64,000 nt of DNA, taken from Patescibacteria group bacterium. Lineage in GTDB: Bacteria; Patescibacteriota; Microgenomatia; UBA1400; MFAQ01. Where the stretch lies: positions 15,410-79,409 of the forward strand of contig CALRDV010000001.1 of assembly GCA_943355005.1 (NCBI GenBank), read 5' to 3'. A program made the position numbers and the translations under genes. This document shows, piece after piece, positions 27,876 to 38,600 of the stretch; position 1 is the stretch's first letter; every line of letters starts with the position of its first letter. The notes beneath the pieces were generated by a model. That model had not been told where the DNA came from. It did not search any database and was given only the letters and a program-made list of their open reading frames with translations.

Positions 27876-28631
27876 ATGCTCTACAGTTACCGCAAAGCGA
27901 CTCCGGATAATCCACATCCCGGTAGACGCATTCCTAGATATCTAAAAACAATCCCAACTTTGGTTTCTGCGTTGGGCATGGCTATCTTGGCAGGGGTTGC
28001 TTATCCTGTCGTCAGTTATCAGTTCAAAGATTTTAAATTTTTTGATTCCATGGATTCTGGTCTTCTTTCTCCCGTTTATTATGAATCAAAAGCAAGTGAG
28101 AGCGATGGTCCCATCGTCATTAATGGATTGGATTACACCAAAGCCAGTAGCTGGTTCCCCGGTAGTGTCCAAAATGAATTATTTTCTGTACCCAAGCAAG
28201 CTGTTCCCGAAAATGCTCCCAGTCTTTACACAATTTCTATTCCTTCTTTAGGAATTTTTGACGCCGAAGTTGCTCTTAGAGACGAAGACCTTATAAAGCA
28301 TTTAGTTCAGTATCCTCAAACTGCTCTTCCTGGGCAGATTGGAGCGCCTGTCATTTTTGGCCACTCAACCCTTCCTCAGCTTTATGACTCCAAGAATTAT
28401 AAAACTATTTTTTCGACCCTTCCAAAAGTCAAAGAAGGTGCCGATATTTTGGTGAAATATGACAACGTAGAATATACCTACCGTATAAACAAAAAGTTTG
28501 AAGTCAAGCCAAACGAGCTTTGGGTGCTTCGCCAAGACTACTCCAATAAAACAATCAAAGTTATTACCTGCGTCCCACCCGGGACCACCATCCGCCGTCT
28601 CGTAGTCGAAGCCACCCTAATTAAAAATTAA
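27876..28631 (+). CDS. Sortase family protein
   Basis: VIFGHS, ITCVPPG...RLVV catalytic His/Cys/Arg. Confidence 0.88.
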   Translation: MLYSYRKATPDNPHPGRRIPRYLKTIPTLVSALGMAILAGVAYPVVSYQFKDFKFFDSMDSGLLSPVYYESKASESDGPIVINGLDYTKASSWFPGSVQNELFSVPKQAVPENAPSLYTISIPSLGIFDAEVALRDEDLIKHLVQYPQTALPGQIGAPVIFGHSTLPQLYDSKNYKTIFSTLPKVKEGADILVKYDNVEYTYRINKKFEVKPNELWVLRQDYSNKTIKVITCVPPGTTIRRLVVEATLIKN

Positions 28632-28636
28632 AAAAT

Positions 28637-29473
28637 ATGAAAACCAAAAAGAAGTCCACACTTTGGGTCGCCTCAGCCGTTCTAGTTATATCGCTTTTTC
28701 TGCTTATTTTTGCAAGTCAAATCCCTCCAAAAAAATCCAGTACCGGTGACGCTCTTTGTCCAGACATCGATTCGTTTGCAGAGAATATAAAAAATAGTCT
28801 AGGTGATAATTACGATATAACTATAAGTGATCCTCCGATTTACGTATCCCAAGTTTTCTTATGGCGAAGAAATAACTCGGAGCCCAAAATTGGCTATCCC
28901 GTTCAACGCTCTCGTACCGTAACTATTTTGTCTCAGAACTCAAAATTGATTTCTTCTTTGTTTGAAAAAGATACAATTAAAGATTTATCAGATTTTGGAT
29001 ATTTATTGCATAGCTTAAACTTTTCGCCTTTTTCAGAATCTGATTTTGTCTCTGGAGGATTGGGAATCTACGGCTTTACCAAAAGGGATCAATATTTTTC
29101 TGTGGAACTCTACGATCAGCCGAATGATGATCGAAGAACTGAAATCTCCGGTACTCTGGTTATCAATTGTGGTGTAGCAAACTCTGAGTACGATCTGCTG
29201 TACGACAAGATCATAAAAACCAAAAAGTACACAACAAACGACACTATCGCCATTTATGAAGTAAAAGATGGAGTTGTAATGCTTAGTGTTGGACTCGTCA
29301 ACTCTGCCGGTGGACATGCCTCCTTTTGGCTGATTACCGACACACAGACAAAACAGTTGATTAAAGGCACCCAAGAAGGACCTATTTGTAGTATTTTTGA
29401 GGATATAAAAGTTGGCAGAGGTTTAGATTGTTTCGACAATAAAACAGAAACTAGTAGGGTCGTCGACTATTAA
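28637..29473 (+). CDS. Membrane-anchored extracellular hypothetical protein
   Basis: N-terminal TM, 278 aa. Confidence 0.7.
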   Translation: MKTKKKSTLWVASAVLVISLFLLIFASQIPPKKSSTGDALCPDIDSFAENIKNSLGDNYDITISDPPIYVSQVFLWRRNNSEPKIGYPVQRSRTVTILSQNSKLISSLFEKDTIKDLSDFGYLLHSLNFSPFSESDFVSGGLGIYGFTKRDQYFSVELYDQPNDDRRTEISGTLVINCGVANSEYDLLYDKIIKTKKYTTNDTIAIYEVKDGVVMLSVGLVNSAGGHASFWLITDTQTKQLIKGTQEGPICSIFEDIKVGRGLDCFDNKTETSRVVDY

Positions 29474-30000
29474 ATTCTGGAGTAAATCCCCGTACTCTGT
29501 CTGACAAAGTTCAGAGTCACTCTTTCCACGGGCATTCCTAACTCTTTGCCATAATTTTCCAGTGAATCAAACCAGTTAATATTGGACTTTATTTCAATAG
29601 GCTCGTCTATAACACAGCAGGGGAATAGGACAAAGTTCTTCTTATATTTATTACACGAATTAATTATTTTTATATTTGACCCGTGAGTATGAAGTCCAAT
29701 TAATAAATCATAATCTTTTGTCATTTCTTCCTGAAAGGGTTCATCAATCCTCTTGACGCTATCCCTATCAGAAATCAACACTCGTTTATCCAGCGAAATA
29801 TCCTTGTATTTTGGGGGTAAAGATTGATGTACCGGATCAATCACTGTTACGTCCCACCCGGCTTGATTAAGTAAGTAGGCAAGCAATCCTTTGCCACCGC
29901 CCACATCGGCCGTTTTACACGGAGCATACGTCTCAGTTAGCCACTTGGCTATGAGCTGAAATCTAAACTGATGAGGATACCTTCGAACTTGCATGGCCAC
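29470..30000 (-). CDS. SAM-dependent methyltransferase-like protein
   Basis: ADVGGGKG motif I, VIDP, IGLH, LFPCC. Confidence 0.7.
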   Translation of the reverse strand: MAMQVRRYPHQFRFQLIAKWLTETYAPCKTADVGGGKGLLAYLLNQAGWDVTVIDPVHQSLPPKYKDISLDKRVLISDRDSVKRIDEPFQEEMTKDYDLLIGLHTHGSNIKIINSCNKYKKNFVLFPCCVIDEPIEIKSNINWFDSLENYGKELGMPVERVTLNFVRQSTGIYSRI

Positions 30001-30014
30001 TATTTTATATCACT

Positions 30015-30113
30015 CGTCATTGCGAGCGGTAGCGTGGCAATCCAGGTATTGTCATTCCCGACCTGATCGGGAATCCATCCCCTCCAGTCATTCGAGCGGT
30101 AGCGTGGCAATCT
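30015..30113 (+). repeat. Three tandem REP-like palindromes (C-A-C)
   Basis: 30015 cgtcattgcgagcggtagcgtggcaatcc; 30050 subfamily A; 30087 gtcattcgagcggtagcgtggcaatct. Confidence 0.88.
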
Positions 30114-30134
30114 ACCTGCGACTATAATATCCCC

Positions 30135-30527
30135 ATGCCCATCATTCTCTGTCTCGACCCCGGCACCGCTCACACCGGCATTGCTATCTCCCAAGAGGGG
30201 ATACTCGCCACACCCGTTGCCACTGTCTACGAAAAAGATGTAGACCAGCTAGTCACCAAACTCCTGCCATATTTAAATAAATATAATCCGGACAAAATTG
30301 TCATGGGAGTGCCGGAATATGGTCCCATCGTCAAATTCTCAACGGACCTGAGCGAAAAAATCTACGCGGTTTATCCAAAGGAAATAGTATTCTTCAGAGA
30401 AGACCTCAGCTCTCACACAGCTAGGAATGTGATGAAGGCTCAAGGTAAGACACTTCTGAGGCGCAAGAAAGAAGAACACCAAACCGCCGCCGCCCTCATC
30501 CTCCAAGAATACCTCGACTCTCTCTAG
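30135..30527 (+). CDS. ruvX: YqgF/RuvX pre-16S rRNA nuclease family
   Basis: ILCLDPG..TGIAIS, AAALILQEYL; typical alaS-ruvX-mltG context. Confidence 0.85.
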   Translation: MPIILCLDPGTAHTGIAISQEGILATPVATVYEKDVDQLVTKLLPYLNKYNPDKIVMGVPEYGPIVKFSTDLSEKIYAVYPKEIVFFREDLSSHTARNVMKAQGKTLLRRKKEEHQTAAALILQEYLDSL

Positions 30528-30563
30528 AAATTCCCATTCAGTATAGTTTGATACAATCTAGTT

Positions 30564-30770
30564 ATGTTCAAGAATATAATTGCACCGGTTCAAGCTTGGT
30601 TACTTTCACGAGGCATATGTGTCGGCTGCGGTACACCACTCACTGAAGGCCAAAGTAAATCTTCTCCTAAAGTAAAGGATTGTGATCAAGTCTCCTGTAA
30701 ATGTGGTCGTGTCTTTGTCCACAACCCAAAGACAAACACCTACAGAAGAGCCTTGCTCAGTGAAATATAA
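30564..30770 (+). CDS. Small zinc-ribbon protein
   Basis: CVGC...CKCG; TGaTACAAT 6 nt before ATG. Confidence 0.65.
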   Translation: MFKNIIAPVQAWLLSRGICVGCGTPLTEGQSKSSPKVKDCDQVSCKCGRVFVHNPKTNTYRRALLSEI

Positions 30771-30787
30771 AAAAAATAATTTGAGGT

Positions 30788-31774
30788 ATGTTTAAAAGAC
30801 TATTTACCGCTCTAACCATTCTTGGCATCCTCTTTTTCGCTTGGTACTTCCAGTCTATTCAGCCAGTAACCCGCCTTGATGTGCCCGTTATGGATTTTGA
30901 GATTCAAACCGGTTCCCGTACAGATAAGATTGCCAACGACTTAAGTTCTGCTCGCTTAATCAGGTCTAGAGTCGCCTTTAAACTTACCGTCATCCGAATG
31001 GGTATCGCAAATCGAATCCAGGCCGGCTACTTCAAGTTATCGCCGAGTATGAGCACCACTGAGCTTGCCGAAACTCTCACCCATGCCTATGCCAAACAAG
31101 TCCGTGTCACCATCCCTGAGGGTCTAAGAAGTGAAGAGATAAACTCTATTTTAGAAAAATCATTTGGCCAAGTAAAAGATAATCAATATAATTCTGCCGA
31201 TTTTGCCCAGCTTACCAAGGGTCAGGATGGAAATTTATTTCCCGATACTTATGATTTTTCACCCAAGACAACAGCTAGTACAGTTATCAGTCGAATGCAG
31301 TCACGTTTTCATGACGTAATTGTCGATTTGGGCATTATGGAGGATCAGCTTTCCAAAACAATGATAATTGCTTCACTTCTCGAGAGGGAGGCTGCCAATT
31401 CATCAGAAATGCCACTGGTTGCCGGTGTTATAAAAAACCGTCTCGAAATCGGGATGGGTTTGCAAATAGACGCCACTGTTCAATATGCTTTGGGCAGTCA
31501 GCAGTGCAAAAAACTCGATTGTGAGTGGTGGAAAAAGAATTTGACCAGGGAAGATTTAAAGTTGAACTCTCCATTTAATACATATCTGCATGTAGGACTT
31601 CCCCCGGCACCCATTTCAAACCCCGGTAAGGATGCTTTATCTGCTGCCAAAAATCCGGCCAAAACCACTGCAATTTACTACTTGCACGATACCAGTGGCA
31701 AGATTCATCTAGCCGATACTCTCGAACAGCACAACCAGAACGTCTGCACCTACCTCAAAAAAGACTGCAAATAA
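30788..31774 (+). CDS. mltG: Endolytic transglycosylase MltG
   Basis: TIPEG, LFPDTY, IASLLERE, LQIDATVQY, SPFNTY..GLPPAPISNPG. Confidence 0.93.
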   Translation: MFKRLFTALTILGILFFAWYFQSIQPVTRLDVPVMDFEIQTGSRTDKIANDLSSARLIRSRVAFKLTVIRMGIANRIQAGYFKLSPSMSTTELAETLTHAYAKQVRVTIPEGLRSEEINSILEKSFGQVKDNQYNSADFAQLTKGQDGNLFPDTYDFSPKTTASTVISRMQSRFHDVIVDLGIMEDQLSKTMIIASLLEREAANSSEMPLVAGVIKNRLEIGMGLQIDATVQYALGSQQCKKLDCEWWKKNLTREDLKLNSPFNTYLHVGLPPAPISNPGKDALSAAKNPAKTTAIYYLHDTSGKIHLADTLEQHNQNVCTYLKKDCK

Positions 31775-31801
31775 AAAAATAAGCAGCACAATGCTGCTTA
31801 T
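31773..31801. terminator. Terminator between mltG and convergent minus-strand ORF
   Basis: taagcagca-caa-tgctgctta with A7 tract on left. Confidence 0.7.
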
Positions 31802-32006
31802 TATTTATGACTTCTTTGAAGCTTCTCGCGTGCAAATTCCACAAAATCAGGTGTACATATTAGCAGCGTCAATACAATTAAAGCTGCTATTGGATCAATA
31901 CCCTTGGCTACAAAAAAAAGGACAACACTGGTTTGTCAAAGACAAACATCAGCACCATCCCGGTTCTAAGGATAATTGATAACCAAAAACGATGTTTTTT
32001 ACTCAA
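31801..32006 (-). pseudogene. Small two-TM membrane gene frameshifted at a T8 tract
   Basis: TATAAT and AGGAGG upstream of TTG 32006; one extra T at 31912-31919 restores a 68 aa ORF ending at TAA 31801. Confidence 0.5.
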
Positions 32007-32051
32007 AGTAACCTCCTATGGTCCAATCGTCCGATTATACCAAACTCCGAG

Positions 32052-32080
32052 TTGACACACGCGTAATCAGCCATTATACT
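32052..32080 (+). promoter_or_regulatory. Sigma70 promoter of rpoB
   Basis: TTGACA-17 nt-TATACT. Confidence 0.8.
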
Positions 32081-32178
32081 TACAGAACTGCTTGAAACTT
32101 GGCTGGGCCTTTTGCCAGTCAGGTTTTTGTATGTTGTCCATTGTTATTTACTCCTGCCTAAAAATTCAAAAAAACCGG

Positions 32179-35100
32179 ATGATTAAACAAAAAAAACGCG
32201 AAGATTGGGGTAACATTACCTCAAAGTTACCAGAATCTAACTTAGCCAAAACTCAGCTAGACTCATACAAACAATTTCTCGAAGAAGGCATCCGTGAATC
32301 ACTACTAGAACTTAACCCCATCAGAGACTTTACCGGTAAGGTTTTTGAATTCGAATTTTTAAGTAATCGTGTTGGACTTCCTAAGTTCTCCCCCAAGCTC
32401 GCCATCGAAAAAGGTGTTACTTTTGAAGCTCCTCTTTGGGCTACCGTCAAACTTACCAACCTCCACACCAAAGCCACTCAACAGCAAGAAATTTTCCTTG
32501 GGGATATTCCCATGATGACCTCCATTGGTACTTTTATCATCAATGGTGTTGAGCGCGTCGTCGTCAACCAGCTCGTCCGTTCTCCGGGAGCCTACTTTAC
32601 CCGTGAAGTCGATCCGCACTCCGGTCGAGCTCTTCACCAGGCCGAAGTTCGTCCCATGCGAGGTTCCTGGCTCGAATTTATCGTTAGTCGCAATGACTAT
32701 ATTTCCGTCCGCATCGACCGTCACCGCAAAGTTTCCGCTACCACCCTTATCCGCGCCCTCGGCTACTCGACCAACGAAGAGATTTTGGCTTTATTTGCCG
32801 ATGTTGATACCGACAAAGAACACCGATACATCGCTTCTACTTTACTAAAAGACAACAGTACTACTACCGAAGAAGCTATTCTCGATTTCTACCAGAAAGT
32901 TCGTCCGGGAGAGCCTGCTGTTTTAGATAACGCCAAAGCTCTGCTTCATCAGATGTTTTTTGATGCCCGTCGCTACAATTTAGGCTTAGTCGGTCGCTAC
33001 AAGATGAACCGCAAGCTCAGTATCTCTACTCCGATAGACAAACAGCACATCACTTTAAGTAACGATGACTTCATTGGTTCTATCAAATATTTAATTGGTT
33101 TACAAAATGGATTGGGAAAAGTCGACGATATTGATCACTTGGCCAACCGCCGTCTTCGCTGTGTTGGTGAGCTGGTAAATCAGACCTCATTCAAAGCCGG
33201 GCTTCTACGTTTAGAGCGCTCTATCAAGGAAAAAATGTCATTGGCTAAGCCGGACGAGCTTCCAACGCCCGCCGCTTTCGTAAATCCTAGACCTATTATT
33301 TCTGCCATTACTGAATTCTTCCGCCGAAATAGACTTTCTTCCATCTTGGATCAAGTCAATCCTCTCTCTGAGGTCGACAACTTAAGACGTATTTCCGTTA
33401 TGGGACCTGGTGGCATTACTCGAGAGCGCGCCAGTTTCTCCATGCGTGATATTCATTCTTCTCAATACTCCCGTATCTGTCCGGTTAGAAGTCCTGAGGG
33501 TCCAAACATTGGTTTGGTTACTTATCTGGCTCTCTATTCTCAAATTAATCCTTACGGTTTCTTGGAAGCTCCTTATCTCAGAGTCACCAAAGTCGAAAAA
33601 GGTGGCAAGACTACCTTTAAGATCGGTGATGAAGTTGTTTATCTAGCCGCTGATGATGAAGAAGATGCTTACATTACCCACGCCGGTATTGGCCGAGATG
33701 GTGATGTCATTACTCAGGCCTGGGTTCCTGTCCGCTATCGTGGTAAATTCAGTGAAGTTGATATTGATAAAGTTCAATACATCGACGTAATTCCAAGACA
33801 GGTCATTGGTACTTCTGCAGCCTTAATTCCTTTTGTTCAGCAAGACGAAGGTACTCGTGCTCTCATGGGTACCCACCATCTTACTCAAGCCCTTCCTTTG
33901 GTCAGACCTGAAGCTCCTATTGTTGGTACTGGTATGGAAGATGTCACAGCTCGAGGCATGGGTTGGGTTGTTAGTTCTGCTTTCGACGGAGAAGTTATCT
34001 CTGTAGACGGTAATCACATCAGTCTTAAGCTTTCAGCCAAAGACGCTGCTACCGCTGTTCACGAGATTTCCCCTTACGACTACGGTTTTGTCGAACTAAA
34101 CAAAGATATTGTTACTTACAATCTACGTAAATATCACAACTCTTCCCAAGATACCTGTTACAACCAGCATCCTATGGTCGACGTCGGAGATAAAATCCAC
34201 AAAGGTGATGTCATCATCAATGGACCTGCTTCCGAAAATGGCGAACTGGCACTCGGTCAAAATCTTTTAATTGCCTACGCCGCTTTTGAAGGTCTTGGTT
34301 ACGAAGATGCTATCGTCGTTTCCGATCGCTGTGTCCGCGAAGATCTTTTATCTTCTGTGCATATTCATGAACACACTTGTGATGTCATGGACACCAAACT
34401 CGGTGCCGAAGAACTTACTCGAGATATCCCGAATGTTGCTGAAGCCGATCTGAGAAATCTAGGTCAAGACGGTGTTATCGCTATTGGCTCAGTCGTAGGA
34501 CCCAATGATATTCTTATCGGTAAAATCGCTCCTAAGGGAGAGACAGAGCTCACTGCCGAAGAAAGACTCTTGAGAGCTATCTTTGGAGAGAAAGCCCGCG
34601 AAGTTCGAGATACCTCACTACGTATGCCTCATGGTGACCAAGGTGTCGTCGTTTCTGTCCGCATGCTCAGTCGAGAAGCCGGGGACGAGCTTGATGCAGG
34701 TGTCATTACCCAAATCAAGATCAAAGTCGCTCAGCTCCGCAAAATCACTGTCGGTGATAAAGTAGCCGGACGTCATGGTAACAAAGGTGTTATCTCCAAG
34801 ATCGTTTCCGATGCTGACATGCCTCACTTGGCCGATGGACGCCCAATTGACATCATCATTTCCCCACTTTCGGTTCTGGCTCGTATGAACTTAGGTCAGC
34901 TCTTGGAAGCTCAGCTGGCTTTAGCCGGTGAGAAGCTAAATCGCCGCTACTCTGTTCCTGTCTTTGAAAACGTTTCCGAAGAGCAAATTGCCGCCGAGCT
35001 TACCTCAGCCGGTCTTCCTATCACAGGCAAGGCCCAGCTCTTTGATGGACGCACAGGTGAACCTTTCGACCAAGAAACTGCCGTTGGCGTCGGTTACATC

Positions 35101-35628
35101 ATCAAGCTCAATCACATGGTTGAGGACAAGACCCATGCCCGCTCAATTGGACCTTACAGTTTAGTTACCCAGCAGCCTCTTGGAGGCAAGGCTCAAATGG
35201 GAGGTCAGCGTTTGGGAGAAATGGAAGTTTGGGCTCTCGAAGCACACAAAGCCGCCTACTCACTCCAGGAAATGCTTACGCTTAAATCAGACGACGTCGT
35301 GGGACGTTCCAAAGCTTTTGAAGCCATTGTAAAGGGTGAAACCATCCCAATGTCCTCAATTCCTGAATCTTTCAAGGTTTTGGTCAAGGAGTTAAATTCA
35401 CTTTGTCTAGCCGTCGTTCCTACCGGACAAGTCATAGCCGCTGTTGAAGAGCCGATGCCGGTCAAACCCGAAATCGCCGCTGAGATTGACGCCGCTACTT
35501 CGATGTCAGACGAACTCAAAGCTTCTACTTTTGAAGAAGAAGACGAGAATGGTGAAGAAATCGTCGAAGAGATGACTGAGGAATCAGCCGAAGCAGGAGA
35601 TTTAGCACCGGATTTAGAAAATCAGTAA
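32179..35628 (+). CDS. rpoB: RNA polymerase beta subunit
   Basis: GDKVAGRHGNKG, GQRLGEMEVWALE; likely ATG at 32179. Confidence 0.98.
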   Translation: MIKQKKREDWGNITSKLPESNLAKTQLDSYKQFLEEGIRESLLELNPIRDFTGKVFEFEFLSNRVGLPKFSPKLAIEKGVTFEAPLWATVKLTNLHTKATQQQEIFLGDIPMMTSIGTFIINGVERVVVNQLVRSPGAYFTREVDPHSGRALHQAEVRPMRGSWLEFIVSRNDYISVRIDRHRKVSATTLIRALGYSTNEEILALFADVDTDKEHRYIASTLLKDNSTTTEEAILDFYQKVRPGEPAVLDNAKALLHQMFFDARRYNLGLVGRYKMNRKLSISTPIDKQHITLSNDDFIGSIKYLIGLQNGLGKVDDIDHLANRRLRCVGELVNQTSFKAGLLRLERSIKEKMSLAKPDELPTPAAFVNPRPIISAITEFFRRNRLSSILDQVNPLSEVDNLRRISVMGPGGITRERASFSMRDIHSSQYSRICPVRSPEGPNIGLVTYLALYSQINPYGFLEAPYLRVTKVEKGGKTTFKIGDEVVYLAADDEEDAYITHAGIGRDGDVITQAWVPVRYRGKFSEVDIDKVQYIDVIPRQVIGTSAALIPFVQQDEGTRALMGTHHLTQALPLVRPEAPIVGTGMEDVTARGMGWVVSSAFDGEVISVDGNHISLKLSAKDAATAVHEISPYDYGFVELNKDIVTYNLRKYHNSSQDTCYNQHPMVDVGDKIHKGDVIINGPASENGELALGQNLLIAYAAFEGLGYEDAIVVSDRCVREDLLSSVHIHEHTCDVMDTKLGAEELTRDIPNVAEADLRNLGQDGVIAIGSVVGPNDILIGKIAPKGETELTAEERLLRAIFGEKAREVRDTSLRMPHGDQGVVVSVRMLSREAGDELDAGVITQIKIKVAQLRKITVGDKVAGRHGNKGVISKIVSDADMPHLADGRPIDIIISPLSVLARMNLGQLLEAQLALAGEKLNRRYSVPVFENVSEEQIAAELTSAGLPITGKAQLFDGRTGEPFDQETAVGVGYIIKLNHMVEDKTHARSIGPYSLVTQQPLGGKAQMGGQRLGEMEVWALEAHKAAYSLQEMLTLKSDDVVGRSKAFEAIVKGETIPMSSIPESFKVLVKELNSLCLAVVPTGQVIAAVEEPMPVKPEIAAEIDAATSMSDELKASTFEEEDENGEEIVEEMTEESAEAGDLAPDLENQ

Positions 35629-35641
35629 TCATATTAACCAC

Positions 35642-35669
35642 TGTCATTCCCGACCTGATCGGGAACCTA
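35642..35669 (+). repeat. REP-like palindrome subfamily A (one mismatch)
   Basis: tgtcattcccgacctgatcgggaaccta between rpoB and rpoC. Confidence 0.88.
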
Positions 35670-35695
35670 TACAAATAACCTAACAACACCCAAAC

Positions 35696-38600
35696 ATGAA
35701 CAACATTGTCGATTTCTCAGGTTTGCAGATCAGACTCGCCAGTCCCGAGGATATTCGTAGCTGGTCATATGGTCTGGTAACCAAGCCGGAAACTATTAAC
35801 TACCGTACACAGAAACCTGAAAAAGATGGTTTGTTCTGCGAGCGCATTTTCGGACCTACCAAGGACTGGGAATGTTACTGCGGCAAATACAAACGAGTCC
35901 GTTTCAAAGGTATTGTTTGTGACAAGTGTGGAGTCGAAGTTACCCTTAGTCGTGTCCGCCGAGAACGCATGGGTCACATCGAACTTTCTGCTCCGGTTGC
36001 TCATGTTTGGTTCTTTAAAGGTGCTCCGAGCAAGCTTTCTCTTCTCTTGGATATTTCTCCCAAAGCTCTTACCTCAGTCATTTACTTCAGTAAATACTTA
36101 GTCATGGGTGTCAACGAAGAAGGTCGCGAAGTTGCCTTGGAAAACGTCAAGACTCAAATGGAAACCAAGATGAATGATGTTCGTACCAATTTTGACAAAC
36201 AAATTGAGGACATTAAGTCTCAAGGAGAAAAAGAAGTTGCTGACATCAAAAAGAAAGTTAAAGTCAAAGATGAGCTAGAACTAAAAACAGAAGATATTAA
36301 AGTTCAATATAAACAAAAAGTCGCTTCACTCCGTGAACAAATGGTTGTTGAGTTGGCTTTTACCGAAGAAATCTACGGCAAGCTCGGTACCTTGGTAGAA
36401 AAAATTCAAGTGAACTCTCTCGTCTCCGATTCCGAATTTGCCAAGTTGGAGGAATACAGACTTACCGATTGGATTGAAGCCGGCATGGGCTCCGAAGCTT
36501 TACTAGAGGCCCTTGGAAAAGTTAATCTCGAAGAGTTGGCAGCCAAGCTCAAAGTTGATCTTAATAGTCCCTCTGAAGCCAAGAAGCTTCGTGCTACCAA
36601 ACGACTTCAAGTCGTCCGTGGTTTAGCCGATTCCAAAATTAAACCTGAATGGATGATTGTGAAGACTCTTCCTGTAATCCCCCCAGATCTCCGTCCTATG
36701 GTTCAGCTTTCCGGTGGCCGTTTCGCCGCCTCTGACCTAAATGATCTTTATCGCCGTGTCATCAACCGCAACAATCGTCTAAAACATCTTATCGATCTTG
36801 GTGCTCCTGAGATTATTTTGAGAAATGAAAAACGCATGCTTCAAGAAGCTGTCGATTCTTTGATCGATTCTTCCCAAGCCCGTTCCACTCGCAGATCCAG
36901 AACCGGTAAAACTCTTAAATCTCTCTCGGACATGCTTCGAGGCAAACAAGGACGTTTCCGCCAAAATCTTCTTGGAAAACGCGTTGACTACTCCGGTCGT
37001 TCCGTTATCGTCGTCGGACCCGAGCTTAAACTTAATCAATGTGGTCTTCCGAAAGATATGGCTCTTGAAATGTTCAAACCATTCGTTCTTCACGAGCTTA
37101 TAAAGCAGGACATGGCTCCCAATGTTAAAGCCGCCAAAGCTTTAATTGAAAAGAGACAGCCCGAAGTTTTCGATATTCTCGAAAAAATCACCAAGAAGCA
37201 TCCTGTTCTTCTAAACCGCGCTCCGACCCTACACAAACTTTCTATTCAAGCTTTCTGGCCAGTTCTTGTCGACGGCGCTGCTATTAGATTGCATCCGGTT
37301 GTCTGTGGAGGTTTCAATGCTGACTTCGATGGAGATCAGATGGCTGTTCACGTCCCGCTTACCAAGAAAGCCATTATGGAAGCCAAGAAACACATGCTTC
37401 CTATGTACAACTTGGTCAAGCCTTCAGCCGGTAATCCTGTCTCCATTCCGGATTCCAAAGAAATGGCTATCGGTGTTTACTACTTAACTTCCATCGACAC
37501 CAAGCTATCCATGTACCCGAGTCCATTCTCTTCACCCACCGAAGCCATTACGGCTCATGGTGCCGGTCTTTTGAATGCTCGTCAGCCCATCATGGTTCGC
37601 ATGCTCCCAACCGATACCAAATTATTCGAAACGACTGTTGGTCGTATTATCTTCAATAAAATCCTTCCTAAGAAGTGGGGTTTTGTGAACCACAATCTTC
37701 CTCGTAAAGAAATCTCCGCCATGTTCCATCGCGCTATTAAAGAGCTCGATTTACGACGTGTTGTTAGATTAATCGACGCTGTCAAAGATATTGGTTTTGA
37801 TTACTCCACTACTTCCGGTCTGTCTTTCGCTATCTCCGATAACGAAATGTATTCAGGCAAAGATGCTTTCATCGAAGCAGGAAACGTCAAGGCAAAAGAA
37901 ATCGAAGAAAACTACAACTCAGGTCTAATCACCAACGAAGAAAGACGTAAGCTGACTATCCAAATGTGGATGGACACTGCCGATGAGCTCGCTGAACTAA
38001 CCTGGCAAGAATTCTCCGAAGATAATCCGGTCCGCTTGATTATCGACACAGGCATGGGACGTATTACGAAGAACACCATCAAACAGCTCTCTGCTATGAG
38101 AGGTATCGGTGTGGATCCTCTCGGTAACATGGTCGAATTACCTACCAAAGGAAACTTCCGCCAAGGACTTTCTATCTTCGAATATGTAAACTCAATTCGA
38201 GGTTCCAGAAAAGGTCTTACTGATACTGCTCTTCGTACCGCTGATGCGGGTTACCTTACTCGTCGCTTAGTCGATGTCAGTCATGATGCTATTTTGAGAG
38301 CCGAAGACTGCGGAACCGACGAATTTGTAACCATCGCTGTCGATGATAGTCGTGGCAAAATCTTCGAAAAGAGAATTAATTCTCGCTACGCCGCCAAGAA
38401 AGTCATGAATCCTGAAACTCACAAGATGATTGTCGATGCCGGTGAAGTAATTACCGAAGAAATCGCCGCCGAAATCACCAAAGTAGGTGTCAAAGAAGTC
38501 GAAGTCCGCTCACCTCTTACTTGTAAGATGAGATTTGGTCTTTGTATCAAGTGTTACGGCAACAGTATGGCCTCAAACGCTCCCGCTGTTATCGGAGACC

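Noticed and set aside
30000-30194. Short ORFs spanning REP clusters (also 22694-22891, 23000-23275, 11357-11542)
   Set aside because: Translations of palindromic repeats or antisense shadows with no independent coding evidence.
32092-32178. N-terminal extension of RpoB in the ORF track
   Set aside because: Overlaps the leader hairpin; ATG 32179 is the plausible start. Extensions of rpsO, rplE, rpsH and map were rejected likewise.
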